NCBI GenBank assembly: GCA_965215565.1
Contig: CBDCDZ010000004.1
Location: 224,001 to 288,000, forward strand
Reading direction: 5' to 3'
DNA from: Trueperaceae bacterium
GTDB taxonomy: Bacteria > Deinococcota > Deinococci > Deinococcales > Trueperaceae
DNA length: 64,000 nucleotides
Part shown: positions 10,269 to 19,492 of the stretch, piece by piece
How the letters are laid out: every line of letters starts with the position of its first letter
Numbering within the stretch: position 1 is the stretch's first letter
The notes under the pieces: generated by a model
Told to the model about the DNA's origin: nothing
Seen by the model: only the letters and a program-made list of their open reading frames with translations
Database searches by the model: none
Made by a program: the position numbers and the translations under genes

Positions 10269-10690
10269 TGTGCTCCTTTGCTTGGTTGAAGTTTCGTAGC
10301 TTGGGACGTCTGACACTGCGGACAACGCCCGACGAGGGTGAGTTGACGAGGTTCAAGCCGCCACCCCAACGCGCTCGCCTGCGCTTCTAAGTCGCGCAAG
10401 CAGGCTTCAGAAAGCGCGTCCGGCGCTAAGTCCTGCACCTCGCCGCAGCCTCCGCAGATGAGGTGCGGGTGCGGCGCGGCGCGGCGTTCGAAGAGGCGTT
10501 CGCCTTCGCTGTAGACCTCGCCGATAAGCCCGGCATTGGCGAGTGCGTCCAGGTTGCTATAGACCGTCGAGAGCGCTATCTTGTGACCTTTCACGGCGAG
10601 CCGGTGGTGAACTGTCGTCGCGCTTAGATGCTCGCGTTCGTTCGCCTCGAGCAGCCGCACGATAGCTTGACGGTTAGGACTCTCTTTCAC
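10265..10690 (-). CDS. Fur-family transcriptional regulator
   Basis: HLSA, IALSTVYSNL, HPHLICGGCG, GRCPQC. Confidence 0.88.
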   Translation of the reverse strand: MKESPNRQAIVRLLEANEREHLSATTVHHRLAVKGHKIALSTVYSNLDALANAGLIGEVYSEGERLFERRAAPHPHLICGGCGEVQDLAPDALSEACLRDLEAQASALGWRLEPRQLTLVGRCPQCQTSQATKLQPSKGAQ

Positions 10691-10706
10691 GCGGGCTCCG
10701 AAACGT

Positions 10707-10874
10707 TCACGGACGCTTGCCCTTTAAGGTCAGAGCGCGGCTCACACCGAAGATGACGAGCGCGGCGAGTGAGGCGAGGGCGTAGGCGCTAGGAGCGCTC
10801 AGCGGGGTCAGCAGCCCGAGCGCCAAGATGCTCAGCGTGAAGCTACCGAAGCCTAGTCCTAGTTCCACTGTCAC
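10707..10874 (-). CDS. Small 55-aa two-helix membrane protein (below the ORF-track cutoff)
   Basis: GTG start after GAGGTGGAAGAAGG; MTVELGLGFGSFTLSILALGLLTPLSAPSAYALASLAALVIFGVSRALTLKGKRP*; first ORF of the Fur/SBP operon. Confidence 0.6.
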   Translation of the reverse strand: MTVELGLGFGSFTLSILALGLLTPLSAPSAYALASLAALVIFGVSRALTLKGKRP

Positions 10875-10920
10875 CCTTCTTCCACCTCTTCAGTAGCGGG
10901 CTCGAGTGCGAGCCCTCCTT

Positions 10921-10989
10921 AAACCCGAGCTATCAACTCGGAATAAAGGCATCTTGGCAGATTTAATCCTGTGTGTCAAGGTTGGAATT
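10921..10989. promoter_or_regulatory. Two 25-bp candidate Rrf2/IscR-type sites (10921-10945, 10965-10989)
   Basis: AAACCCGAGCTATCAACTCGGAATA and AATCCTGTGTGTCAAGGTTGGAATT. Confidence 0.5.
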
Positions 10990-11210
10990 ACGAGAAAGCG
11001 CGTGCTAGACGTGAATCAGAACGATTCCTAACAATGAAGTAGTCGATTTTCTATACGTTTTAGAGAGGTGAATTTGGCGTATAGTAGTTGAAAGCAACGA
11101 GCAATGAGTGAAAAGCTTTAGACTCGTTGCTTTCAACTCATTGCTCATTGCTGTTTTTATCCTGCAAGCCAGCGCCCTGTCTTTTACACGCGCACGCTGT
11201 CTCATGGGGT

Positions 11211-12134
11211 ATGGACTGCACCACCCTCACGCTAACGCCGACGCCACCTTTTGATTTTGAACAGACTTTGAACTTTGTGAGGCGCTTTCGCGCTCGAGAC
11301 TACGAGCGCAACCCTGCGCATGAGCAAATAGAGGGAAGTGTCCTGCAAAGAGTCGCAAGCGTGAACGGTGAGCCCGTGTTTTTTCGGGTTAGAGATGTGG
11401 GGACGGGTGAGGAATTGGGGCTCGAGATTACCCTTCACGCCAAATCGCTAACGGATGAACTCGTCTATGCTACCCAAGACCGCATCCGCTTCTTTCTCTC
11501 TCTAGACGACGACCTCACGCCCTTTTACACACTCGCCAAACGTGATCCCGCCTTTTCAGACGTCGTTCAAAACCTCTATGGCTACCACGCTTTCAAAGTT
11601 CTAACACCCTTTGAGGCGGCGTGCTGGGCGCTCATCCAGCAGCGCACGCCGAACAGCTTCGCGCACCTCACGATGAAGCGGCTCACAGAACTGTTCGGTA
11701 AGAGTTTGGAGGTTGACGGTGTCACCCACCGCGCCTTTCCCGAAGCGTCGCAGATGTTAGGTAATCCTGAAAAGCGCGTTTTAGAGGCGACGAACAACAC
11801 CCGCAAGACGGAGCGGTTTTTAGACCTCATCCGCGTTTTCACGACTGCCGACGAGGACTTTTTGCGCACTGCGCCTTATCAAGAGGTGTCGAAGTGGCTC
11901 ACGGGAATCAAAGGCATCGGCGCGTGGTCGATTGACTTCATCATGCTGCGCGGGTTGGGGCGCTACGAGCGCACGCCCTGGACGGACACGGGGTTGTTGC
12001 CTGCTATTTCAGGCGTTTACACGGGGGGGCTCGAGATCAGCCAGGGCAGTGCGCGAGAGCTTGCCGAGCGCTACGGCTGGTATCAGGGGCTGTGGGCGCA
12101 TTACGTGAAAACGCACTATTGGGGTGATCGGTAG
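11211..12134 (+). CDS. alkA: DNA-3-methyladenine glycosylase II (AlkA/HhH-GPD family)
   Basis: PFEAACWALIQQ, FPEA, HhH LTGIKGIGAWS, PWTD. Confidence 0.8.
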   Translation: MDCTTLTLTPTPPFDFEQTLNFVRRFRARDYERNPAHEQIEGSVLQRVASVNGEPVFFRVRDVGTGEELGLEITLHAKSLTDELVYATQDRIRFFLSLDDDLTPFYTLAKRDPAFSDVVQNLYGYHAFKVLTPFEAACWALIQQRTPNSFAHLTMKRLTELFGKSLEVDGVTHRAFPEASQMLGNPEKRVLEATNNTRKTERFLDLIRVFTTADEDFLRTAPYQEVSKWLTGIKGIGAWSIDFIMLRGLGRYERTPWTDTGLLPAISGVYTGGLEISQGSARELAERYGWYQGLWAHYVKTHYWGDR

Positions 12135-12188
12135 TTAGGGTATAGGGAAAGGTTGACGTGTATAGACCAGTCCGTCAGACTAGTTACT

Positions 12189-12437
12189 ATGCAAACGCCC
12201 GGTGCAAGCGACTTTGAAAAGAAGTGCGCCGCTATCCTAAACGCAATCGACCTGACAGGTGAAACGGTGACGATCTTAAAGGGTGGAAAACTGTTTGCTC
12301 AGCTCATTCCTTCCGAGCAGAGGGTGGTGTATCCGCAAGATACGCTCGAGGGAACGGCGAAAATTGCAGGCGACATCATCGAGCCGCCCTTACCGCCCGA
12401 AGCCTGGGACGCTGAACGCGGTGAGTACGAACCCTAA
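12189..12437 (+). CDS. Phd/YefM-like antitoxin, no adjacent toxin
   Basis: ASDFEKKCAAILNAI..TGETVTILKGGK..AQLIP; GDIIEPP tail. Confidence 0.7.
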   Translation: MQTPGASDFEKKCAAILNAIDLTGETVTILKGGKLFAQLIPSEQRVVYPQDTLEGTAKIAGDIIEPPLPPEAWDAERGEYEP

Positions 12438-13513
12438 GAGACCTGCCTCAAACTAGGAAAAAGTCCAAGCTGCACCACCTTACTCGGTCCTTGCAAATTG
12501 CTCACGCTCACCCCAGCGAGCCGCACGGGTAACTGGTTGAGGTTGGCGCGTACAAGCTGCTGAACAAATAAGGTCATCGTCTCTACGTTTTGGAGCGGCT
12601 GCGCAGGCGTCACGGAGCGGGTGACGCTTCGGTAGTGCTGGTCTTTCAGCTTGAGTGTCAGCGTGCGGGCGCAGAGGTCGGCGTTCTCGAGATAAAGCGC
12701 AACGTGTTCTGTAAGTGGCGTGAGCACACTTAATACCTCTTCCTCACGCTGCAAAGGCGTTGTAAAGGTGCGCTCCGCCCCGTACGACTTACGCTCTCTC
12801 GCCTTGACAGGGCGCTCGTCTTGACCTCTCACAATCTGATAGAGAAAGCTGCCGAACTTGCCGAAGTGCTGCTCGAGTTCTCGCAACGGGCACTCTAGCA
12901 AGTCACCTCCGGTAAAAATGCGACGTTCATGCAGCCTCTGAGCCGTCACCGGACCGACGCCGTGAATTTTGGCGACGGGCAAAGCGGTCAAAATCGCGGC
13001 GGCGTCCTCCGGTGTAATCACAGTGAGACCGTCGGGCTTGTTCATCCCACTAGCGAGCTTCGCTAAGAACTTGCCTGCTGCTACCCCTACGGAGACGGTG
13101 AGCCCCGTCTCCTCTTTGACCTCTCGCTTAATGGCTCTGCCGATGAGCGTGCCCGACGCCGGACCCTGCTTGGGCTGCGTTACATCTAAATACGCCTCGT
13201 CGATGGAGACAAGCTCGAGCACATCCGTGTAGCGTCCAAAGACCTCACGGATGGCGAGGCTGAGTTCTTTATAGACGTTCATGCGAGCAGGTACGAAGAT
13301 GAGATGGGGACATAAACGTTTCGCTTGTACGGACGGCATCGCACTATGGACGCCGTAGCGCCGCGCCTCGTAGCTCGCGGTCAAGACCACCCCGCCCTGC
13401 TCGGACCACCCTACCGCGACGGGCTTACCCCTCAACTCGGGTTTATCACGCTGCTCCACGCTGGCGTAAAAGGCGTCGGCGTCGATGTGGAGGATGCGGC
13501 GTATAGGGGGCAC
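12434..13513 (-). CDS. dinB: DNA polymerase IV (Y family)
   Basis: HIDADAFYASVE, ASYEARRYGVHSAM, SIDEAYLD, KLASGMNKPDG. Confidence 0.95.
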   Translation of the reverse strand: MPPIRRILHIDADAFYASVEQRDKPELRGKPVAVGWSEQGGVVLTASYEARRYGVHSAMPSVQAKRLCPHLIFVPARMNVYKELSLAIREVFGRYTDVLELVSIDEAYLDVTQPKQGPASGTLIGRAIKREVKEETGLTVSVGVAAGKFLAKLASGMNKPDGLTVITPEDAAAILTALPVAKIHGVGPVTAQRLHERRIFTGGDLLECPLRELEQHFGKFGSFLYQIVRGQDERPVKARERKSYGAERTFTTPLQREEEVLSVLTPLTEHVALYLENADLCARTLTLKLKDQHYRSVTRSVTPAQPLQNVETMTLFVQQLVRANLNQLPVRLAGVSVSNLQGPSKVVQLGLFPSLRQVS

Positions 13514-13649
13514 AGTCCAGTTTACCGGAGCGCAGCCTCCGCGCCTCTTCGTTCGTTTTTGTTTATGCTCGCTACACCGCTCCTGACAGAACGTTGTCCC
13601 AACCTCTTGTTAGGCTCGAGCCCGTAGACACGAATAGAGAGGTTACGCT

Positions 13650-14039
13650 ATGAAATTCACCCACGCCCGTCTGCTAGTGAGCAACTACGCCGCTTGCTTC
13701 TGCTTCTACCGCGATGTGATGGAATTCGAGGTGGTTTGGGGTGATGAAGCGGGGAGTTACGCCGACTTTAGAGCGGGAGGCAGCGTACTTCTTGCCATCA
13801 ATGACCAAGAGGTGATGAAAGAGGTCGTCGGAGAGTCGGTGGCGAGTGAGAGGTCAGAGAAGGTCGTGCTCATCTTCGAAGTTGACAATTTGGAGAGGTC
13901 GGTTCAAACCTTGACAGGTAGAGGCGCAACTTTCGTTACCGAGATTCAAGAGAGACTTACCTGGGGAATTCGCACGGCGCACCTTAGAGACCCGGCGGGG
14001 AACTTGCTCGAGCTAAACACGCCCTTAGAAACGGTATAG
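13650..14039 (+). CDS. VOC/glyoxalase family protein
   Basis: HARLLVS..FYRDV; WGIRTAHLRDPAGNLLEL. Confidence 0.88.
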   Translation: MKFTHARLLVSNYAACFCFYRDVMEFEVVWGDEAGSYADFRAGGSVLLAINDQEVMKEVVGESVASERSEKVVLIFEVDNLERSVQTLTGRGATFVTEIQERLTWGIRTAHLRDPAGNLLELNTPLETV

Positions 14040-14044
14040 GGAGC

Positions 14045-14407
14045 GTGACGCTCGCTGACTTACGCGCCCTGTGCCTCGCTAAACCGGGTGCATACGAAGA
14101 CTTTCCTTTCGGTCCCGTCACACTTACTTTCAAGGTTGCGGGCAAACTGTTCGCGCTCTGCAACGTTGAGAAAGAACCTTTAGCCGTCAACTTGAAGTGC
14201 GAGCCCGAACTCGCCGAATTATTGCGCCATAAGTACGACGCTGTCACGCCCGGCTACCATATGAATAAGCGCCACTGGAATACCGTGGTATTAGATGGTA
14301 GCGTACCCTTCAGCGAAGTTGCAACGCTACTTGACCTCTCCTATACGCTCGTCGTAAAAGGGCTCAAAGCGTCGGAGCGAGCCAAGTTACAACTCAGGGC
14401 GATATAG
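14045..14407 (+). CDS. MmcQ/YjbR family DNA-binding protein
   Basis: DFPFG..FKVAGKLFA, NLKCEP, PGYHMNKRHWNTV. Confidence 0.92.
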   Translation: MTLADLRALCLAKPGAYEDFPFGPVTLTFKVAGKLFALCNVEKEPLAVNLKCEPELAELLRHKYDAVTPGYHMNKRHWNTVVLDGSVPFSEVATLLDLSYTLVVKGLKASERAKLQLRAI

Positions 14408-14485
14408 AGCTGCGCCAAAGCTCTAATTTAGAAAGCGTGAACTGTTCTTTGAGGGGGATCAATTCGTCGTGCTAGCTATTTTTCC

Positions 14486-15823
14486 ATGACCAGCTTAAAG
14501 CAACTTTTCGGGCGCTTCACTAGGGGAGACTCGAGCGGCTTCTCCGCCTCGGTGCAGACGCTGGGCGTCAACGTGGCGGTCTTGCTCGTCAACGTGCTGA
14601 CGGGCATTATCACCGCGCGCGTGCTCGGTCCGGTAGGGCGGGGGGAACAAGAAGCGCTCATGCTGTGGCCCGTCTTTTTAGCGCGCGCGTTTACGCTGGG
14701 TTTGCCCTCAGCCTTTGTCTTTCACGTGCGCCGCAACCCCAAAGTTGCGCCCTATCTGGTGAGCGCGAGCTTCTTAGCTGCGCCCGCCGCAGGTCTTTTG
14801 GCGACGCTCGTGGGCGTCACCTTTATCCCGTATTGGCTGGACGAATACAACGCCGACATCGTTCGGATGGCGCAGCTCTTTATGCTCTTTACGCCCGTCG
14901 TCTTAATTGAAGAGCTGTGTATCGCGGCGATGCTCGCGAGAGACGAGTTCAGTCGCTTCAATACCATCCGCATTGTCCGCCCCAGCGCGACGCTGGCGCT
15001 GCTCGTCGCGCTAGTGCTCTTCGGCGCTCTAACGCCCTCTCTAGCGGTGTTCGCGTACATCGCGCCGACGCTGCCCATTACCTTTTACCTCTCGAGGCTC
15101 CTCTGGCGCAGTTATCAACCTCGCTGGTTTGAGGGCGCTAGGCAACTGCGCCGTTCGCTCGTGATGCTCTTCTCTTACGGGCTGCGCTCTTACGGCAACG
15201 AACTCATGACGACGTTGTCCGAAAACCTCGGACGGGCGCTCGTCGTGGGGCTGCTCACGCCCGGTAACATGGGGCTCTTCGTGGTGTCCTTGAGCTTAGC
15301 GCGGATGCTCAACGTCTTTCAGTTCGCGGTGGTCACGGTTTTATTCCCCAGGGCGTCGGGGCAGCCCCTGGCAACCGTTATGGAGATGACGGGGCGGGCG
15401 GTGCGCGTGAGCACCGCCGTGACGTGTGTGGCGGCGCTTACGCTAGGCGCATTAGGACCCTTCGCTCTCACCTTACTCTACAGCGCCGAGTTCAGCGAAG
15501 GCGTGACCTTGATGCGTATCCTCATCGTCGAGACGGTCATTAACGGCATTATCGCCGTGCTGATACAGGCGCTTATGGCGACGGACAGACCGGGCGTCGC
15601 TACGATACTCCAGAGCGTCGGCATCGCCGCGAGCGTGCCGCTCTTGCTCATTCTCGTGCCGCTCCTCGGTCTGAACGGCGCGGGCGTCGCGCTCCTAATC
15701 AGCGCCGTTATGCGCCTCGCGTTCGCGCTGGCTTCCTTTCCCATCTTTTTAGGCGTGCGCGTCCCTTCGCTCCTCATCACGTTGGAGGACTTTAAGGTGC
15801 TCAAAAAGAGGCTGTTGGGATAA
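14486..15823 (+). CDS. Oligosaccharide flippase (Wzx/MOP superfamily)
   Basis: ITARVLGPVGRGE, about 12 hydrophobic segments, LVPLLGLNGAGVA. Confidence 0.82.
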   Translation: MTSLKQLFGRFTRGDSSGFSASVQTLGVNVAVLLVNVLTGIITARVLGPVGRGEQEALMLWPVFLARAFTLGLPSAFVFHVRRNPKVAPYLVSASFLAAPAAGLLATLVGVTFIPYWLDEYNADIVRMAQLFMLFTPVVLIEELCIAAMLARDEFSRFNTIRIVRPSATLALLVALVLFGALTPSLAVFAYIAPTLPITFYLSRLLWRSYQPRWFEGARQLRRSLVMLFSYGLRSYGNELMTTLSENLGRALVVGLLTPGNMGLFVVSLSLARMLNVFQFAVVTVLFPRASGQPLATVMEMTGRAVRVSTAVTCVAALTLGALGPFALTLLYSAEFSEGVTLMRILIVETVINGIIAVLIQALMATDRPGVATILQSVGIAASVPLLLILVPLLGLNGAGVALLISAVMRLAFALASFPIFLGVRVPSLLITLEDFKVLKKRLLG

Positions 15824-16240
15824 TCAGAGGTGGTTCCTCAACTTCAACAGCGTAGGGATAAAGAAGAGTGGATAGAGTAGCAAAAAGAGGTTAGGCAGCC
15901 ACCACACGAGGTCAAAGTCAGCTCGGAGCGTCCAAAATGCGAGGGCTTGCAAACCGGAGCAAGAGGTCAGGACGAGCGAGATGAGCGCGAGGCTTCGCCA
16001 CATCGGGTTTCCTTGCCGCATCAGGTATAGACTTCCTAGACCGGTTGTGGAGATGAAGAGGTCTAAGGGAAGAAAGGACCAGTTCCAAGCGGCGAGAATA
16101 GGGTCATCGTAATCTTTGAAGAGGTACGCTTCAGGAATAAGGTGCAGAAGCGTCACCGTCCAGTAGAATATGAAGCCAATATCGACAATCAGAAAGAAGG
16201 GCTTGAGGGTGCGAGCAAAGTTAGATTTGGTGAGAAGCAT
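15824..16240 (-). CDS. YvaD/DUF5360-like membrane protein
   Basis: DIGFIFYW..LFKDY..AWNWSFLPLD..SGLQALAFW. Confidence 0.75.
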   Translation of the reverse strand: MLLTKSNFARTLKPFFLIVDIGFIFYWTVTLLHLIPEAYLFKDYDDPILAAWNWSFLPLDLFISTTGLGSLYLMRQGNPMWRSLALISLVLTSCSGLQALAFWTLRADFDLVWWLPNLFLLLYPLFFIPTLLKLRNHL

Positions 16241-16242
16241 GT

Positions 16243-16569
16243 TTAGTGAGGCTGGCTCGAGAGATTGAGCCCCACCACGCCCACGATGATGAGACCAATC
16301 GACGCCCCTTGAAACCAGCCCAAGGTTTCGCGGAAGAAAAAGACGCCGATAAGCGCCGCTGCCGCCGCGCCTGCGCCAGACCAAATGGCGTAGGAAATAC
16401 CTATCGGGATGCGCTGAATGCTCTGTGACAGTAGCCAGATGGCCGCGCCGTATCCTGCGACGACGAACACGCTCGGTAAGAAGCGGGTAAAACCTGCCGA
16501 GAGCTTGAGCGCCGTGGTGCCGACGAGTTCGCCTAGAATGGCGAGCGCGAGAATAAGCCAGGGGTTCAC
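16243..16569 (-). CDS. SMR-family (EmrE/QacE-like) small multidrug efflux protein
   Basis: W..LALAILGELVGTTALKLS, YAIWSG. GTG start overlaps the P450 stop. Confidence 0.9.
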   Translation of the reverse strand: MNPWLILALAILGELVGTTALKLSAGFTRFLPSVFVVAGYGAAIWLLSQSIQRIPIGISYAIWSGAGAAAAALIGVFFFRETLGWFQGASIGLIIVGVVGLNLSSQPH

Positions 16570-17969
16570 GCAGGAACCTCTACTTCGACAGGAACACGCG
16601 CCCTCAACCTCACCTTGACGCCGCGCTTTGGTCTCAGCGTGATGGCGGGCTGCGGGATGACCTCTTCGGGTTGGGTCAGGTGGAGGCTGTAGCCCTGCGC
16701 CAGGGTTGCCAAGAGCAGTACAGCCTCCATCATCGCGAAGTTGTTGCCGATGCAGAGCCTCGGACCGCCGCCGAAGGGGAAGTAGGCGTATTTGGGTAAG
16801 CTTTTCTCGAAGCCCTCTACCCACCTTTCGGGCTTAAAGTCTTTCGCGTCCTCGAAGAAGCGTTCGTCGCGGTGGACGAGCCACTGCGGGAGGGAGAGTT
16901 GCATCCCTTTGGGCACCGCGTAGCCGCCGATGTCGCAATCCTCTAGCGCCTCGCGCCCGACGCCCCACACGGGCGGGTAGACGCGCATGGACTCCTTGAT
17001 GACCTGTTCGGTGTAGCGCAGGCGCGGCAAATCTTGCATAGTGGGCGCGCGTCCGCCCAAAACTTCGTCAAGCTCTGCGTGCAGCTTCGCTTCAACGTTG
17101 GGATGTTGCGCTAGTAAGACCCACGTCCACGAGAGCGCGTTCGCCGTGGTTTCGTGACCCGCCATGAGGATGGTCAGGAGTTCGTCGCGGAGTTGCTTGT
17201 CCGTCATCCTTTCGCCCGTGTCGGCGTCCTCGGTTTCCATCAGCATCGACATCAAGTCGCCCTTGTCGCTATTACCCTCCGGGCCGCCCGCCTCGTAGTC
17301 GCGCCGCCGCTCTTCGATGAGGTCGTAGACGAGCCTATCCATCTCCTCGTTCGCCCGCTTGAAGCGCACGTTGGCGGGCGTCGGAACGCCTCTAGGAATG
17401 AGCATCTGCCAGAGCGGTTTGTCGGTGCGGGTATTGTGCATGAACACGTCGAGCGCGTCACTTATCTCGTGTGCGCCGTCCGCGATGTCCACGTGGAAGA
17501 GGGTTTTGGCAACGATCTCCAACGTCAAATTCACCATGTCCTCGTTCACGTCGCGCACTGCGCCGCGCTCTGCGGACGCCTGCCAAGAGGTTAGGAGCCT
17601 CTCTGCGTAATTCACCATCGTCTCGCCGTACGATGCGACGCGCTTGCGGTGAAAGGCGGGTTGCGCGAGCCGCCGCTGCCGCAGCCAAAAGCTGCCCTCG
17701 CTGCTGATAAGCCCGTTGCCTAGAAACCCTAACTCGTTGCGGTAGTCCTTGCTCTTGATGAACGATGTCGACTTCGTGACCAAGACCTCTTCGATGAGCT
17801 TGGGGTGCGACAGGAGGATGAAGTCGTAGTCCAGGACGCGCAGGCGCACCGCGTCGCCGTGCGTTTGCGTTATGCTCTCTAAAAAGCCGAGCGTGTCTTT
17901 GCGGTACTCGTTGAGGAAGCCGACGAAAGGGGTTCCTTTGGGGGCGGGCGGATGCTGGAGCGTCGTCAT
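16566..17969 (-). CDS. Cytochrome P450
   Basis: AGHETT, KESMR (ExxR), PERW, heme ligand FGGGPRLCIG. Confidence 0.96.
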   Translation of the reverse strand: MTTLQHPPAPKGTPFVGFLNEYRKDTLGFLESITQTHGDAVRLRVLDYDFILLSHPKLIEEVLVTKSTSFIKSKDYRNELGFLGNGLISSEGSFWLRQRRLAQPAFHRKRVASYGETMVNYAERLLTSWQASAERGAVRDVNEDMVNLTLEIVAKTLFHVDIADGAHEISDALDVFMHNTRTDKPLWQMLIPRGVPTPANVRFKRANEEMDRLVYDLIEERRRDYEAGGPEGNSDKGDLMSMLMETEDADTGERMTDKQLRDELLTILMAGHETTANALSWTWVLLAQHPNVEAKLHAELDEVLGGRAPTMQDLPRLRYTEQVIKESMRVYPPVWGVGREALEDCDIGGYAVPKGMQLSLPQWLVHRDERFFEDAKDFKPERWVEGFEKSLPKYAYFPFGGGPRLCIGNNFAMMEAVLLLATLAQGYSLHLTQPEEVIPQPAITLRPKRGVKVRLRARVPVEVEVPA

Positions 17970-17995
17970 CGTCTCTCCCTTTATATGTCAAAAGT

Positions 17996-18016
17996 AATGA
18001 CTGACTGTCAGTCATT
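17996..18016. promoter_or_regulatory. Perfect palindrome, probable TetR operator for the P450-SMR-YvaD operon
   Basis: AATGACTGAC-T-GTCAGTCATT, about 27 bp upstream of the P450 ATG. Confidence 0.75.
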
Positions 18017-18058
18017 TATAAAGATAAGATAGACGCTGGCGCACCTTTTGTCAAGCGA

Positions 18059-18298
18059 TACGGATTCCGGGTGAATCCACTACAAAATACATACGTATTT
18101 TTCCGTTAAGTAGGTGCGTGGAAATAACCTAAACTAGAGAGGTTGACGAAACGCATCTTACAGGGAGAAATCTTTCCAAAATAGTTTAGATTATTTAGGC
18201 TGGAGTACTTACTTACCGGAATCCGTAGCTGTTTGTGCTCGCATCCGCTCGGGTTGAATACAAAACTTTATTTCGTATTCAACCGGAAAGGGTATGAC
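18059..18298. repeat. Deinococcus SNR-like small dispersed repeat with a nested 101-bp insert
   Basis: TACGGATTCCGG...CCGGAATCCGTA plus a GTTGAATAC/GTATTCAAC hairpin; inverted homologue at 50401-50537. Confidence 0.8.
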
Positions 18299-18418
18299 CT
18301 AGTCCCACTGTAAGCTCGTTAGGTTTTATTACGTCTTGCCAGCCATATCTCTCTCGAGATGCTTAAACAGTCCTCCGCCACCCATTTGCCGCGCTTTCGA
18401 ACCGTGGGGGAGATGGTG

Positions 18419-19006
18419 CTAGTCACCTGTAGGCGCTAGCGCCTGCAAGATGAAGCGCGTCACCTCTTCGATATAGGGCTCACGCGGCAGTTCGGGGCGG
18501 TAGAGGAGGCAGTCTTCGGTGGCGCGTTCTATAAGTCCCACGACGAGCCGCGCCGAAAGGTCAGGGTCCGCGTCACTGCGAACCTCGCCGGAGGCTTGAC
18601 CTCTTTCAATAAAGCTTGCGACGAGCTGATAATAAGGCTCGTCCAGCTTGGCTAGCTCACTCGGCGTGCTTAAAAAGCCGAGTCTGGCGTTGATGATTTC
18701 CAGCACGTCCTGATAACTCCGACTCTCTTCGAACACCGCCCGGACGCCCGCCTCGAGCCCTACCGCGAAACTCTCCGCCGAGGTGATCGCCGCCTGAACC
18801 GCCTCTAGTATCTGCGCGAACATCTCTTCGCACAACGCCTCGACTAGAGAGACTTTGGAGGGGAAGTAGAGGTAGAAGGTGCCTTGCGCGACGCCCGCGC
18901 TCGCCACGATTTCAGACACGGTGGTGGCTTCGAAGCCCTTTTCGGCGAGGCTGCGCCTGGCGGCGTTTAAGATTTGGGTACGGCGAGAGGTCGCTTGAGT
19001 CGTCAC
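18419..19006 (-). CDS. TetR/AcrR family regulator
   Basis: GFEATTVSEIVASAGVAQGTFYLYFPSK. Confidence 0.93.
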   Translation of the reverse strand: MTTQATSRRTQILNAARRSLAEKGFEATTVSEIVASAGVAQGTFYLYFPSKVSLVEALCEEMFAQILEAVQAAITSAESFAVGLEAGVRAVFEESRSYQDVLEIINARLGFLSTPSELAKLDEPYYQLVASFIERGQASGEVRSDADPDLSARLVVGLIERATEDCLLYRPELPREPYIEEVTRFILQALAPTGD

Positions 19007-19132
19007 GTGTTTATCATACTGCTAGGGAAGGCTCGAGTGAAAAGGTGTTAACGTGAGTTGACCAAAGAGATACGAGCAAACTTTTTTCCGCAAATTCCGT
19101 GATCAGGCAAAGGCTTATCCTTGTAGGGAAAT

Positions 19133-19162
19133 AAAAACCGAGAAACTTGGAAGGTTCCTCGG
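19133..19162 (-). terminator. Intrinsic terminator of the 19190 ORFan
   Basis: CCGAGGAAC-CTTCCAA-GTTTCTCGG-TTTTT on the minus strand. Confidence 0.7.
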
Positions 19163-19189
19163 CTCAAGTAGTTGGCAATGGCCGACTAC

Positions 19190-19492
19190 TTATTCGGCGT
19201 CAGAGTTCTGGTCCGTAAGGTCTTCCTCAGAAGCATCCCGAATTTGCCGTCGTACAGCGTCCAGGTCATTCTGGAAACGCGCCTCTCGCTCGTTCTGGTA
19301 TCTTATGCTCCTGACCGTCAGCAGGAGTGCTACGAGGGGCCAAGCAGCGAGCGTTGCTAGAAGTCCTTTAGGGCTCGTTAAATCTCTGTAACCGACTTGC
19401 ACGCTTACTATCAGTGTGATAAACGCTCCAGCAGTGTATACGACTGCCAGAGAGGTAAAGTAAACTAGTGCAAATATTTGATTGTAGTCCAT
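19190..19492 (-). CDS. Hypothetical membrane protein (2 TM), lower-GC ORFan
   Basis: GGAGG RBS, two hydrophobic helices, charged tail, own terminator. Confidence 0.7.
   Translation of the reverse strand: MDYNQIFALVYFTSLAVVYTAGAFITLIVSVQVGYRDLTSPKGLLATLAAWPLVALLLTVRSIRYQNEREARFQNDLDAVRRQIRDASEEDLTDQNSDAE

Noticed and set aside
13514..13649. DdrO (RDRM) or LexA box upstream of dinB; also checked alkA
   Set aside because: No convincing palindrome matching either consensus.
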